Shown here piece by piece: positions 44,977 through 55,064 of a DNA stretch of 64,000 bases (positions within the stretch are counted from its first letter, which is position 1; every line of letters begins with the position of its first letter). The stretch spans positions 1,376,001 to 1,440,000 of the forward strand of contig CAVTJJ010000004.1 in NCBI GenBank assembly GCA_963735035.1, given 5' to 3'. Source of the stretch: an uncultured candidate division Zixibacteria bacterium (GTDB taxonomy: Bacteria > Zixibacteria > MSB-5A5 > GN15 > FEB-12). The position numbers and the translations under genes were made by a program. The notes beneath the pieces are model-generated. The model had not been told where the DNA came from. It saw only the letters and a program-made list of their open reading frames with translations, and searched no databases.

Positions 44977-45044
44977 GAGCTTGAAGGTCGCTTTCGGCCT
45001 GATCACCCCGGGTGTATCGGCCCTGTAAAGTGACCTTCAAGCTC
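44977..45044 (+). other. Long intergenic stem-loop
   Basis: 18-bp outer stem with one G-U pair plus inner GGCC/CACC helices. Confidence 0.6.
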
Positions 45045-45099
45045 TGCCCTCCACGTACCGATAAGGCCCTATAGAGCGACCGTTTTATTGGAGTAAAGA

Positions 45100-45789
45100 A
45101 TGCAGAGCAAAGCGAAAATAACGAAAAGGCAGATGAAGGAAGACAAGTTTACGACCTTCATGCTGGCCTCCAAAGATAAACTCCAGAGCGAATTCGAAGA
45201 TAAGTGGCAATACTATATCATCGGCGCGGTCGTAGTAATCGTCCTTATCTGGGCGGGGATCTGGTTTATCGGTCGTCAGTCGGGTCAGGAGTCAGGCGCG
45301 TCCGAGGCGTTCTCCAAAGCCATGGTATCTTATCAGGGCGGCGATAACCAGGTGGCCATTCTCGAGTTCGGGCAAATCATCGAAAACTACGGCGGTTCGG
45401 ATTACGCCGCGCAGGCAGCTTTCATACTTGGTAACTTGAACTTGGACAACCGGAGTTTCGACGAGGCGACGCGGTACTTCAATAAGTATCTGACAGATTA
45501 CACCGGGACACCACTCGATCGGGCGGCCGCACAGGCCGGTATTGCCACGGTCGCCGAGGACCAGGGTAAGTATGCGGATGCCGCAGCGGGATTTGTCAAG
45601 GCCGCCGAGGCGTATACCGATGGCCCGTTGCGACCGGATTACGAATTGGGCGCCATACGCAATTTTATCGCCGATGGCAAGATAGATCAGGCTGAGGCGC
45701 GATTGGCGATACTCAAAGAGAAGTACGCCAATACTGACTGGACGACACGCGCTATCCGATTGATTACCGAGAAGAAACAGAGCGGCTGA
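45100..45789 (+). CDS. Membrane-anchored TPR protein (YfgM-like)
   Basis: ITKRQMKED N-terminus, single TM, TPR-like helices. Confidence 0.75.
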   Translation: MQSKAKITKRQMKEDKFTTFMLASKDKLQSEFEDKWQYYIIGAVVVIVLIWAGIWFIGRQSGQESGASEAFSKAMVSYQGGDNQVAILEFGQIIENYGGSDYAAQAAFILGNLNLDNRSFDEATRYFNKYLTDYTGTPLDRAAAQAGIATVAEDQGKYADAAAGFVKAAEAYTDGPLRPDYELGAIRNFIADGKIDQAEARLAILKEKYANTDWTTRAIRLITEKKQSG

Positions 45790-45814
45790 AATCAGAACCT
45801 ATGAAGGGGGTTCG

Positions 45815-47941
45815 GTGGCCAGACCAGAGACGATAAAAGTTGCGCTCCTCTGGCACATGCACCAGCCTAACTACCAGGAACCTGGTACCAACAGGCTGGC
45901 CATGCCGTGGGTCCGTCTGCACGGACTCAAGGACTATCTGGACATGCCGCTCGCCGCAACTGCGCGCGACAACATAAGAGTCACCTTCAACCTGGTTCCG
46001 ACTCTTCTGGACCAATTGCAGCTCTATGTCGGCGGAGCTGTCGACCGACACCTCGAACTTTCCCGGTTGCGCCCCGAAGAAATCTCGGCCGAGATCAAAC
46101 TCGAAATTCTCAGTTCCTTCTTTATTGCCAATCCGACCCGGATGATCATGCCGTATCCGCGGTACCATGACCTGTATCAAAAGTACCTTTCGGCGGCGAG
46201 CGATCCCAATACTCTGGTAAGTCTCTTTTCATCGGAAGAGATAAGGGACATTCAGGTCTGGTCCAATCTGGTGTGGGTGGACCCGCTGTTTCGGCCCGAA
46301 GAACCGATTCGTCGTCTATACGCTCATGCCCGACAGTACACCGAAGAAGACAAACAGGAACTGCTCGAGTGGCAACTTAGTCTGATTGCCCGAATCGTTC
46401 CGACCTATCAGAAGCTGGCGGCCGAAGATCGACTCGAAATATCCTTCACGCCCTATTTTCATCCGATCTTGCCATTATTGGCCGACACCGATGTCGCTCG
46501 CGAGGCTTTGCCGAGTATCGATTTGCCACGCCAACGTTTCGCTCATCCTGAAGATGCCGAGCGGCAGGTGGCGATGTCGGTCGAGGCTTACCGGCGTTTA
46601 TTTGGCCGCGAAATGAACGGCATGTGGCCGTCAGAAGGTTCGGTATCGGAAGACGTCCTGGCGATTGCCGCCCGTCACGGAATCAAATGGCTCGCCTCCG
46701 ACGAAGATGTCCTTACGCATTCACTAACCAAGAGCGGTCTCTGGCAGAAGGAAAACCCCATTCACGCCGTTTACGAATCTCCCGCCGGGGTGAAAATGCT
46801 TTTCCGTGATCATGCTCTGTCGGATCGCATCGGTTTCGTCTATTCGACCTGGGAGGCGCCACGAGCGGCATCTGATTTTATCGAGCACATCAAACGCCTT
46901 CGGACTCTTTACAAAGGCCAGTTGGATCACACCGTGATTCCGATTATTCTCGACGGTGAAAATGCCTGGGAGTATTTCAAAGACGACGGCACTGAGTTTC
47001 TCCGGCTGCTCTACGAGCAGTTGGAAGAAGACGACGAAATCGAGACCGTCACTTTCACCGAAGCCGTCACCGGACTGCCGGCGCGTAAGCTGCCGCGTCT
47101 GTTCGCGGGTTCCTGGATCAATCACAACTTCCGCATCTGGATCGGACACTCTGAGGACAATGCTGCCTGGGATCTTCTGAGCAAGACCCGGGAAGACTTA
47201 CTCGCTTTCGAGCAGGAGAATCCGGGTTACGACCGCGAGAAACTCGCCCAGGCCTGGAGACAGATTTACATCGCCGAAGGTTCCGACTGGTGCTGGTGGT
47301 ACGGAGACGATCATCGTAGCGGCCAGGACGATCAGTTCGACCGCCTCTACCGCAAACATCTGGCGGCAGTGTATGAAATTACCGGGCGCGATGCCCCCCT
47401 GGCGCTGATGCGTCCCATTTCGCTGCCGGGCGGAACGCCCCGGGCGACCATGCCGGACGGTCTGGTGACGCCCACTATGGATGGATACCTGACGCACTTT
47501 TACGAATGGTCCGGGGCCGGGCATTTCGACTGCCGCCAGCCGGCGGGAGCCATGCACCGGGTGGATCGCATAGTTACTGATATCATGTTTGGATATGATC
47601 GCGAACAGTTCTACATTCGACTTGACTTGCGTTCGCGAAACGCCTTAGAATCACTCGCCGGTCGCTCCGTAGTGCTGGCGCTGTTTGTGCCGGAGAAGAA
47701 GACTTTTCAACTTCAGACGGCATCCCGGTGGGAAGATCCGGACGGCAACTATATCAGCGCCATCGGCGATCGAGTGGAGTTCAGTGTCCGTCGGGCCTAC
47801 TTGTGGCCGGACGGATTTGGCGAACTTAGCCTTACGGTGACCCTGATGCAGGGCACTCAGGTTCTCGAGACCTGGCCTGAACACGAACCGATAACGCTTA
47901 AGATTCCGCGACGGACCGAAGAAGTGTTTTGGCCGACCTGA
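45815..47941 (+). CDS. GH57 family glycoside hydrolase (amylopullulanase-like)
   Basis: WHMHQP, HPILPL, WPSEGS, LDGENAWE, AEGSDWCWW. Confidence 0.93.
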   Translation: MARPETIKVALLWHMHQPNYQEPGTNRLAMPWVRLHGLKDYLDMPLAATARDNIRVTFNLVPTLLDQLQLYVGGAVDRHLELSRLRPEEISAEIKLEILSSFFIANPTRMIMPYPRYHDLYQKYLSAASDPNTLVSLFSSEEIRDIQVWSNLVWVDPLFRPEEPIRRLYAHARQYTEEDKQELLEWQLSLIARIVPTYQKLAAEDRLEISFTPYFHPILPLLADTDVAREALPSIDLPRQRFAHPEDAERQVAMSVEAYRRLFGREMNGMWPSEGSVSEDVLAIAARHGIKWLASDEDVLTHSLTKSGLWQKENPIHAVYESPAGVKMLFRDHALSDRIGFVYSTWEAPRAASDFIEHIKRLRTLYKGQLDHTVIPIILDGENAWEYFKDDGTEFLRLLYEQLEEDDEIETVTFTEAVTGLPARKLPRLFAGSWINHNFRIWIGHSEDNAAWDLLSKTREDLLAFEQENPGYDREKLAQAWRQIYIAEGSDWCWWYGDDHRSGQDDQFDRLYRKHLAAVYEITGRDAPLALMRPISLPGGTPRATMPDGLVTPTMDGYLTHFYEWSGAGHFDCRQPAGAMHRVDRIVTDIMFGYDREQFYIRLDLRSRNALESLAGRSVVLALFVPEKKTFQLQTASRWEDPDGNYISAIGDRVEFSVRRAYLWPDGFGELSLTVTLMQGTQVLETWPEHEPITLKIPRRTEEVFWPT

Positions 47942-47969
47942 TCCCTGCGGCCCATAGGATGGAGCCAAC

Positions 47970-48362
47970 ATGCCCAGTTCATTCTTTAACGAAACCCCCG
48001 ACGACAAGCCGGTCGAGGAGACTCCGGTTCCCGAGGTGACCCCGGTCGAATCGCACGGGTTCAAGACCGACGAAGGCCGTCTGGCGGCGGTAATGTCATA
48101 TATCCCGTTTCTGTGTTTCGTGCCGCTGCTGAATATGAGACACAATCCGGAGGCGGTATTCCATGCCCGCCAGGGACTGATGTTGTTCCTGGTCGAGTTG
48201 GTGGCGTTTCTCTTTCTATTCGACCGCATTTCAAATTTCGTTTTTACCGCGATCTTGATCGTGGCCGTGGCGTTGTCGATGGTCGGTATTTTCTTTGCCC
48301 TTCAGGGGCGCAACTACCGATTGCCGATAGTCGGCGATCTGGCCGACAAATCCAAGCTTTGA
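47970..48362 (+). CDS. DUF4870-like membrane protein
   Basis: AAVMSYIP, FHARQGL, YRLPIVG. Confidence 0.75.
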   Translation: MPSSFFNETPDDKPVEETPVPEVTPVESHGFKTDEGRLAAVMSYIPFLCFVPLLNMRHNPEAVFHARQGLMLFLVELVAFLFLFDRISNFVFTAILIVAVALSMVGIFFALQGRNYRLPIVGDLADKSKL

Positions 48363-48375
48363 GAGGGTGGATGCT

Positions 48376-49185
48376 ATGAAGCGTTGGTTGGTCTGCGCGA
48401 TTCTGCTGGGCCTTTCGATCGGGTGCGTGACCACCGGTCCGGGCGGGAAAACCTCACTGGTAATAATTTCCACCGATCAGGAAGTCGCGCTTGGCCAGGC
48501 GATGGCTCATGAAGTCGATTCCACCGAAAAAGCGTTGCCCGACCCGCAATGGCAGGCTTACCTGAACGAAGTTGGGCAGAAGCTGGTGAGTGTTTGCGAC
48601 CGCAAGGATATCCAGTATCGTTTCACGGTGATTCAATCCGACCAGATTAATGCCTTTGCGGCGCCGGGCGGGTACGTCTATTTCTATACGGGCGTGCTCA
48701 GCATGATGGACAATGAGGCGGAGATGGCCGCCGTGATGGCCCATGAAATCTCCCATGTAGTGGCCCGCCACGGAGCCAAACGGCTCCAGGCCACGATGGG
48801 GGCGGCGATGGCCTACGAACTCGTCATGGGCGACAGCAAGTCAAAAACCTTTCAAGCGGCGGTTGGTGTCGGGATGAACCTGCTATTCGCAGGATATTCC
48901 CGCGAGAACGAACGCGAGGCGGATGAATACGCCGTGACCTACATGGTGCGCGCCGGGTACGATCCCGCGGCCATGGAAACGATGTTCGACAAACTCGCGT
49001 CCAGTGGTACCACAAGCAATGCTTTCGAGAAATTGGTGAGCTCGCATCCCGAAACTCAGGAGCGAATCGCCAATACCAAAGAAACGATCAGGCGTCATTC
49101 ACCCATGCCGGCCAATCTACAGCTCGGCACTCAGAAGTACGAGCAGATGAAGAAACGCCTGCCGGTCATCAAGCCGAAATCATGA
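48376..49185 (+). CDS. M48 family Zn metallopeptidase, lipoprotein
   Basis: LSIGC lipobox, NAFAAPGG, HEISH, EREAD, SHP. Confidence 0.92.
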   Translation: MKRWLVCAILLGLSIGCVTTGPGGKTSLVIISTDQEVALGQAMAHEVDSTEKALPDPQWQAYLNEVGQKLVSVCDRKDIQYRFTVIQSDQINAFAAPGGYVYFYTGVLSMMDNEAEMAAVMAHEISHVVARHGAKRLQATMGAAMAYELVMGDSKSKTFQAAVGVGMNLLFAGYSRENEREADEYAVTYMVRAGYDPAAMETMFDKLASSGTTSNAFEKLVSSHPETQERIANTKETIRRHSPMPANLQLGTQKYEQMKKRLPVIKPKS

Positions 49186-49733
49186 GGGCATGACGCGCCT
49201 CGTACACTGATCCACCCGGTTGATTCACGGATCAATTCCAGGTTCTATCATAGCACGGCCACGAATTGTTTAGGTGGTTGCGATCTAGCCACGGGGGAGA
49301 GGCACCCCATAAGGGGGTATTCCCCATAGTCCCGAGACTGGGAATTTCTTTCCTCGTCGGTCTATCTTTTTGTTTGACAGGCGTATAAGGCAATGTACTA
49401 TCCGGGCGAGAAGCGGTGAAACAGTCGTTCTGAAACGGTCAAGCGACTGTTCAAAATACCGACAATTAGGATGTAACTGAGCGTCCCAAGGACACTCGGG
49501 ATAGTCGTTATGGTGCAGCCGATTATATGCGCCGATTGGCCTTTGCCGGGGATCATGGTTAGTTTTGGATCAATGTTGGTTTGACAGAGCTCTTCGAAAG
49601 ATTCTGATACCCCTTTCAGGGTCTCTAAGTCGAATCCGTGCGCTCGACATATCTCCTTGGGAGAGAATGGATTACGCGACCAGCTTGATGCCCGTGCAAC
49701 ACTTTACTCTTCGCAAAATTAGAGGGGTGGCTC

Positions 49734-49749
49734 GGGCACTGATGTTGCC
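49734..49749 (+). promoter_or_regulatory. sigma54 (-24/-12) promoter candidate
   Basis: GGGCACTGATGTTGCC = GG-N10-GC, 38 nt upstream of ATG 49787. Confidence 0.55.
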
Positions 49750-49786
49750 ATTAGCAAGGCGAAACAGTCTTGCAAAGGTGATTGGG

Positions 49787-50737
49787 ATGGCAACATACAG
49801 TAGTATTACAAAGACAGTCTTAGTCGCGGTCGCAACCCTTCTGATCGTACTCGGAGGCGTCTCTGTTTACGCCGCTTCTGACGTCGGAAGGACCGCCGCT
49901 GATTTTCTGATGATTGGTCACGGTGCTCGCGCCGCTTCTATGGGCGGGGCGTACACGGCGATGAGTTCCGGAGTTACTTCGGCCTACTGGAACCCAGCCG
50001 GTCTAAGCTCCATGGAACAGGCCGGTGTCTCGTTAGGTCACTTCGCCTGGTTTCAGGACATCTCGGTTGAGCAGGTGAGCATGGGGTTGCCGATCAGCGA
50101 CCTGTTTGCCGGAGCCATATCGGCCACTTATGTAAATTATGGCACTATTGAAGGCTATGATGCCTCAGGTGAAGCGTCGGGCAATCTCGTCGCGTATGAC
50201 TGGGTAGGCGGTGTATCCCTTTCGATGGCGTTGTCGGAATCGATCGCTTTCGGCGTGACCGGCAAGTATGTCAGTCAAAGACTCGATGACATTAGCGCCT
50301 CAGCTTTCGCGGCTGATTTCGGAATTAGATACAGCGCGGAATCATTCGCGGCCGGTGCTACAGTGGTCAACCTCGGCAGCGAAATGAAATTCGACCAAGT
50401 ATCAGAGAAGCTTCCGGCGGCCGCCAAGTTCGGCCTGATGTTTCGCCCCATGAACGGAGCGGTAGCGACGTCGATAGAACTAGAGCAACGCTTCTATGGA
50501 GATCTCCTGGTTCGGCAGGGGATAGAGCTCGGTTTCGAAGATGCCTATTTCCTTAGGGCCGGGTATGATTACCTGCCGAGCCAGGACGGACGCTGGCTGG
50601 CCACCGGAATATCCGCCGGTGCCGGTCTGCGTTTTGGTCCCGCGGAAATAGACTATGCCTTTACTCCGAACGACAAATCGACGTCGGAGAACCTGCATAG
50701 GTTCACACTGACATTCCTTTTTGGATCCGGCAAGTAG
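49787..50737 (+). CDS. PorV/PorQ (UPF0164)-like outer-membrane protein
   Basis: AADFLMIGHGARAASMGGAY, YWNPAGL, LRAGY, LHRFTL. Confidence 0.82.
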   Translation: MATYSSITKTVLVAVATLLIVLGGVSVYAASDVGRTAADFLMIGHGARAASMGGAYTAMSSGVTSAYWNPAGLSSMEQAGVSLGHFAWFQDISVEQVSMGLPISDLFAGAISATYVNYGTIEGYDASGEASGNLVAYDWVGGVSLSMALSESIAFGVTGKYVSQRLDDISASAFAADFGIRYSAESFAAGATVVNLGSEMKFDQVSEKLPAAAKFGLMFRPMNGAVATSIELEQRFYGDLLVRQGIELGFEDAYFLRAGYDYLPSQDGRWLATGISAGAGLRFGPAEIDYAFTPNDKSTSENLHRFTLTFLFGSGK

Positions 50738-50744
50738 CCCTGTT

Positions 50745-50777
50745 TCCGGCGCCTGGCTAGGCCGGCGCCGGATTCTT
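50745..50777 (+). terminator. Terminator-like hairpin
   Basis: TCCGGCGCC-loop-GGCGCCGGA then TTCTT. Confidence 0.55.
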
Positions 50778-51062
50778 CCCCTTATAGTGTATATATAGAC
50801 CTCCCTGTACTTGGGGCTGCCCCCAACCTGCGTCGAGAACCCTATAGTCTGATACAATGCGACTTTTTGCGCAATGGATTGCAAGCTATTTACCCGATCT
50901 GCGCAAGAATTGGACAGATGAGGGTGGAATCGCTATTAGACGTGCTTAAAATGGGTCATAATTGTCGCCAATGACGCGTGTAAGGCTTTAGTATCTAATA
51001 CAATACAAAACCACACCATGCGACTCCTCAATACGTAGAGAAATGCTGCGGGAAAGCGTTTT

Positions 51063-51078
51063 TGGCAATCAGTTTGCT
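51063..51078 (+). promoter_or_regulatory. sigma54 (-24/-12) promoter candidate
   Basis: TGGCAATCAGTTTGCT = GG-N10-GC, AT-rich upstream region. Confidence 0.6.
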
Positions 51079-51150
51079 GAGAGAGGCAGTAATACCGGAT
51101 TTTACTACGGATTAGTTAAGTATTCTTATAAGACAGGGCAGTTACTTTAA

Positions 51151-52071
51151 GTGAATCACCCCAACGAAAAGCTCGAGATTAGGAGTCACAGCTCCGTGGC
51201 CGTTCAAGCGGGCGTGCTTCGGTACGGTTCAGCCGATACCATCGCCGCTCCGCCGATAGCGTTGCCGTCGCCGCTGCCTACACGACGTTTCAACTTTTTA
51301 GTTGGCGAGCTTTCGGGCATCTTGTTTATTACTGTCTCGACACTATTTATCTTTGTGGTGCCTGCTTCGCTGGCGAAGAGAGGCGCTATAAGAGTTGCCA
51401 TGAACCGCCTCATAAAGAGAAGCCTTGACATTATCGGAGCCTCAGTAGGTCTGATTCTGTCTGCTCCTTTGATGTTGGCTGTGGCCATAGCCGTCAAGTT
51501 GGATTCTCGCGGACCGATTTTCTATACTCAGACCAGAGTCGGCGTCAACCGTCGTAAGTTGGACCGCCGCTACTGCCAATTCGTCAGCGTGTCTGACCGT
51601 CGTGGCCGGGATCGTCGCCGTGATGACTACCGTGGTCGCCCGTTCGAGATCATCAAGTTCCGCACGATGGTTCAGGATGCCGAAAAACTGACCGGTCCGG
51701 TGTGGGCGGTCAAGCAGGATCCGCGCATCACGCGGATTGGCCGGATACTTCGCAAGACCCGTTTGGATGAAGTTCCGCAGTTCTGGTCGGTGCTCAAGGG
51801 CGATATGTCGCTCGTCGGCCCGCGTCCGGAACGCCCGACTTTCGTTCGCAATCTCTGCCAGGAGGTAGAGGGTTACGAGCGTCGTCTGGAAGTCAAGCCC
51901 GGTTTGACCGGTCTGGCTCAGGTCGAGAACGGATACGATTCATCGGTGGCTTCGGTGGCCGAGAAGGTCAGATTCGACCTCACTTATATCCGTGGCTGGT
52001 CGATCTGGAGCGACGTTCGGATTCTCGCCCGGACCGTGGTAGTGGTGCTGACGGGTAAAGGCGCCTGCTAA
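51151..52071 (+). CDS. Bacterial sugar transferase (priming phosphoglycosyl transferase)
   Basis: KRSLDI, KFRTM, DPRIT, LDEVPQF..GDMSLVGPRPE, KPGLTGLAQ; start uncertain (alternative ATG 51400). Confidence 0.93.
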   Translation: MNHPNEKLEIRSHSSVAVQAGVLRYGSADTIAAPPIALPSPLPTRRFNFLVGELSGILFITVSTLFIFVVPASLAKRGAIRVAMNRLIKRSLDIIGASVGLILSAPLMLAVAIAVKLDSRGPIFYTQTRVGVNRRKLDRRYCQFVSVSDRRGRDRRRDDYRGRPFEIIKFRTMVQDAEKLTGPVWAVKQDPRITRIGRILRKTRLDEVPQFWSVLKGDMSLVGPRPERPTFVRNLCQEVEGYERRLEVKPGLTGLAQVENGYDSSVASVAEKVRFDLTYIRGWSIWSDVRILARTVVVVLTGKGAC

Positions 52072-52091
52072 GACTCGGACAGAAATGTATC

Positions 52092-52120
52092 AATGACCGC
52101 TTTATGCGGTCATTTTTTTT
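52092..52120 (+). terminator. Rho-independent terminator
   Basis: AATGACCGC-TTTAT-GCGGTCATT followed by T-run. Confidence 0.85.
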
Positions 52121-52211
52121 GGGTAGAATTGACTTGTACTCGGTGGGCGATTGTCGTATGCTGTCGATAATCTGATAGACTGAAGCTCAAAGGCTGAAAA
52201 GAGTTACGTAG

Positions 52212-52946
52212 TTGAAAAGGATTTTGATTACAGTAGCCTGGCTCCTGATCCTGCCGCTCGCCGGTTGGGCTCAGGGAACGCTTGCAGGCGGACTCACGGT
52301 CGTGACAACACCACCCGGGGCGGAGGTGATTCTCGACGGTGAAGCTAATCTGTCCGGACTCTCTCCAATCACTTTCTCCTATCCGGCCATCGGGGAATAC
52401 AAGCTGACTATTCGGAAGTACGGTTTCGAGGAATATCGAACCCGGCTACTGCTTGATCCTTCCAAACCTCAGCAGGTGGCGGTGGAACTATCGCCTAAGA
52501 CCGGTATCAAGGCGGCGTTGAGATCGGCCGTTATCCCTGGTTGGGGACAACGCTATACCGGTCAAAAAGGGAAGGGCTTCTTGCTAAGCGCTTCTTTCGT
52601 TGCATCGGCGCTGGTGCTGCTGAACGAAGACACCGAATTTCGTGACCGTCGCGATGAATACGAAAGCCGTTTGTCCGAGTATGATAATGCTGTCAATCGT
52701 GGTGAGACTTACACCGATCTCTCCCGGCGCTACACTCTTCTGACCAGAGCTCAAACGAAGGCTTACGATGCCGAGAGCCGCCGACGCATATCGGCGGGCA
52801 TCGTTGTCGGTGTTTGGGGGCTCAACGTTATTGACGCGCTCCTCTTCTCGTCGAGCGAGCGGGCGACTTTTTCGATCAAGGGGTTGAGTGTTGCGCCTAC
52901 CAGCGACAACGGCGGACTCAAAGTGACCTTATCCAGGGCGTTTTGA
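52212..52946 (+). CDS. PEGA-domain secreted protein
   Basis: LTVVTTPPGAEVILDG..P, KYGF; SAVIPGWGQ motif. Confidence 0.8.
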   Translation: MKRILITVAWLLILPLAGWAQGTLAGGLTVVTTPPGAEVILDGEANLSGLSPITFSYPAIGEYKLTIRKYGFEEYRTRLLLDPSKPQQVAVELSPKTGIKAALRSAVIPGWGQRYTGQKGKGFLLSASFVASALVLLNEDTEFRDRRDEYESRLSEYDNAVNRGETYTDLSRRYTLLTRAQTKAYDAESRRRISAGIVVGVWGLNVIDALLFSSSERATFSIKGLSVAPTSDNGGLKVTLSRAF

Positions 52947-52949
52947 TCT

Positions 52950-54203
52950 ATGAAGAAGCGCTTATCTACATATTTGACGACCTTGCTGTTCGGGCTGACG
53001 ATTCTTTCCGGATGCACCCGTGACATCGAATCGAAGAACCCGATCCGGTCGCTGCCCGACATGCCCCCGGCGCCGGTTCATCTTTCCACCGTTATCAATG
53101 ATCGTTCCGTGACGCTCTCCTGGGAAGTCAGCGATACTGCGGCGGTGTCTCTTTATCGAATCTATATGTCCGAAGATTCCGGGGCGACTTTCACTCCGAT
53201 AGACTCGACCGGTCAATTTTCCAGGACCGTCACCGGGTTGCCTCTCTATCAAGAGATTCGTCTGCGGGTGACATCGGTCACCAGCCGCAAGTTGGAAAGC
53301 GTCCCGTCTGAGGCGGTGCGCGTGGCTTCGGGGCTGATGCAGATGTTGATCCAGGCGGGTGACAAGTACACGATCGCCCGCAATGTCGATGTGACGTTCA
53401 GTTCGCCGTTGATTCCGGTGTTCGTGCAGATGTCCGAAGATCCAACTTTGAGCGACGCGGTCGTCCTGGAATATCAATCGCCGATGCCGTTTATGCTCTC
53501 CCAGGGCGAAGGGGTTAAGACCGTGTATGCCCGGTTGACGTTTGCCGATGGTTCTGAATCCGGCACGATTCTTTCAGACGATATCACTCTCGATACTTAC
53601 GCTCGAATTGATTCGGTCTATTTCACTCAGAATGTGGATTCGTTGACGGCGGGCGATACGATCTGGTTCTATGTTGCGGCCCACGGCGAAGCCGGGGGTG
53701 GATCATCGGTAATCTTTGGGAACAACACCCGCGTATTGTTGCGCGATCTCGGGTTGAACGGAGATCTGGTGGCGGGTGACGGGATCTATTCTTTTGCCTG
53801 GGTGGTTCCGGTTGGGATGTCAGTTATCAATGGACTGGTCAGCGGAACTTTCACCGATGCCGCCGGCAACAATGCCGTTCAGGCTCAGGCCGCAAGCCGG
53901 TTGAATATTTGGACGATGACTACACCGACCGCAGTCATCCTGGCGGTAAGTTTGACCGATTCAGTGACCGCTCATTTGTCTTGGACTGCCAATACCGATA
54001 ACGATTTTGTTTCCTATCGCATTTATCGCTCAGTATCGCCTAATATTGACGTGAGCACTAGTATCCTCTCTATTATTACCAATCAGGGGAACACCACTCA
54101 CGATGATTATCTGTCTGGCACCGGGACGTATTACTATAAGGTCTTTGTGTTCGATTCCGAGGGGCGTTTCGCCGGTTCGAACGAAGTCATTGTAGGTCGG
54201 TGA
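52950..54203 (+). CDS. Lipoprotein with fibronectin type III-like domains
   Basis: LSGC lipobox; VTLSW..YRIY at both ends; D.GLNGDLVAGDGIYS motif. Confidence 0.8.
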   Translation: MKKRLSTYLTTLLFGLTILSGCTRDIESKNPIRSLPDMPPAPVHLSTVINDRSVTLSWEVSDTAAVSLYRIYMSEDSGATFTPIDSTGQFSRTVTGLPLYQEIRLRVTSVTSRKLESVPSEAVRVASGLMQMLIQAGDKYTIARNVDVTFSSPLIPVFVQMSEDPTLSDAVVLEYQSPMPFMLSQGEGVKTVYARLTFADGSESGTILSDDITLDTYARIDSVYFTQNVDSLTAGDTIWFYVAAHGEAGGGSSVIFGNNTRVLLRDLGLNGDLVAGDGIYSFAWVVPVGMSVINGLVSGTFTDAAGNNAVQAQAASRLNIWTMTTPTAVILAVSLTDSVTAHLSWTANTDNDFVSYRIYRSVSPNIDVSTSILSIITNQGNTTHDDYLSGTGTYYYKVFVFDSEGRFAGSNEVIVGR

Positions 54204-54224
54204 CGACGCAAGGAGACGAAGGCC

Positions 54225-55064
54225 TTGGCTGTTCTTGAGCGTGTCAATCAATTCGTCCTTCTCATCATCAACACCTTTCGCCAGTTCAATCAGTGGCGTA
54301 TTTGGCTGGTGCTACTGGCGTACTATGGCCTTCAGGGTCTGGTCCTCTACATCCATTACGCTTATCCGGTCGGCCCGTTGAGTGGCCTCATAAACGGGTG
54401 GGTGGCGCTGTTCGGCCCCGACACCTCGACTGCATTCAGCCATTATCCAGAGCATTTTCTTCTGTTGGGGAAGATTTCATATTGGGCCAAGCTGGCGGTC
54501 GGAGTGGTGCTCGAAGGAGCTGTGTTGGGCGCCGTGGCCGGACTTTTCTTCAAGAGGTTGGCAGGCTCTCGGGCCGAGGTTGGGGCCGGGAATTCGGGAG
54601 CCGGGCGTTACTTCAACCTGACTCTCGCCTGGGTGATTCTCAACGGTCTCATGCTGGTGGCCGGGCAATTTATTCCCACTCTTCTGGCGGGATCACTGTA
54701 CGGCCCACGACGAATCCTGGTCTTCAGTTTCGTACTGATGCCGTTTGTCTTCACGTTCATCTTTGCGCTTTTCTTCCTGGCGATACCGGCCGTAGTCATA
54801 TACCGTGAAAATGTCCTGAAAGCTTTGTTGAGGTCTTTCAAGCACTTCCTGCGCCGACCCTTCACCCTGTTCTTCCTGAGCATCGTGGTACTGGCGGTGC
54901 CGATTCTAATGGGGGCTTTTGCCAGTCGTCCTTCCGGGATTGTCGATAGTTTCAAACCGGAACTACTCTACTGGATTCTGATTGCCTCGCTGTTCAGCGA
55001 GATGATCGCCTATTTCTTCTGGATGAGTATGGCCGTCCGGTTTCTGTGGTCGGAAGACCACTGA
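54225..55064 (+). CDS. Hypothetical multi-pass membrane protein
   Basis: About 6 hydrophobic segments; AAGGAG RBS before TTG. Confidence 0.75.
   Translation: MAVLERVNQFVLLIINTFRQFNQWRIWLVLLAYYGLQGLVLYIHYAYPVGPLSGLINGWVALFGPDTSTAFSHYPEHFLLLGKISYWAKLAVGVVLEGAVLGAVAGLFFKRLAGSRAEVGAGNSGAGRYFNLTLAWVILNGLMLVAGQFIPTLLAGSLYGPRRILVFSFVLMPFVFTFIFALFFLAIPAVVIYRENVLKALLRSFKHFLRRPFTLFFLSIVVLAVPILMGAFASRPSGIVDSFKPELLYWILIASLFSEMIAYFFWMSMAVRFLWSEDH

Noticed and set aside
49565..49786. N-terminal extension of the PorV-like ORF
   Set aside because: The signal peptide begins at Met 49787 and a sigma54-like motif lies inside the extension
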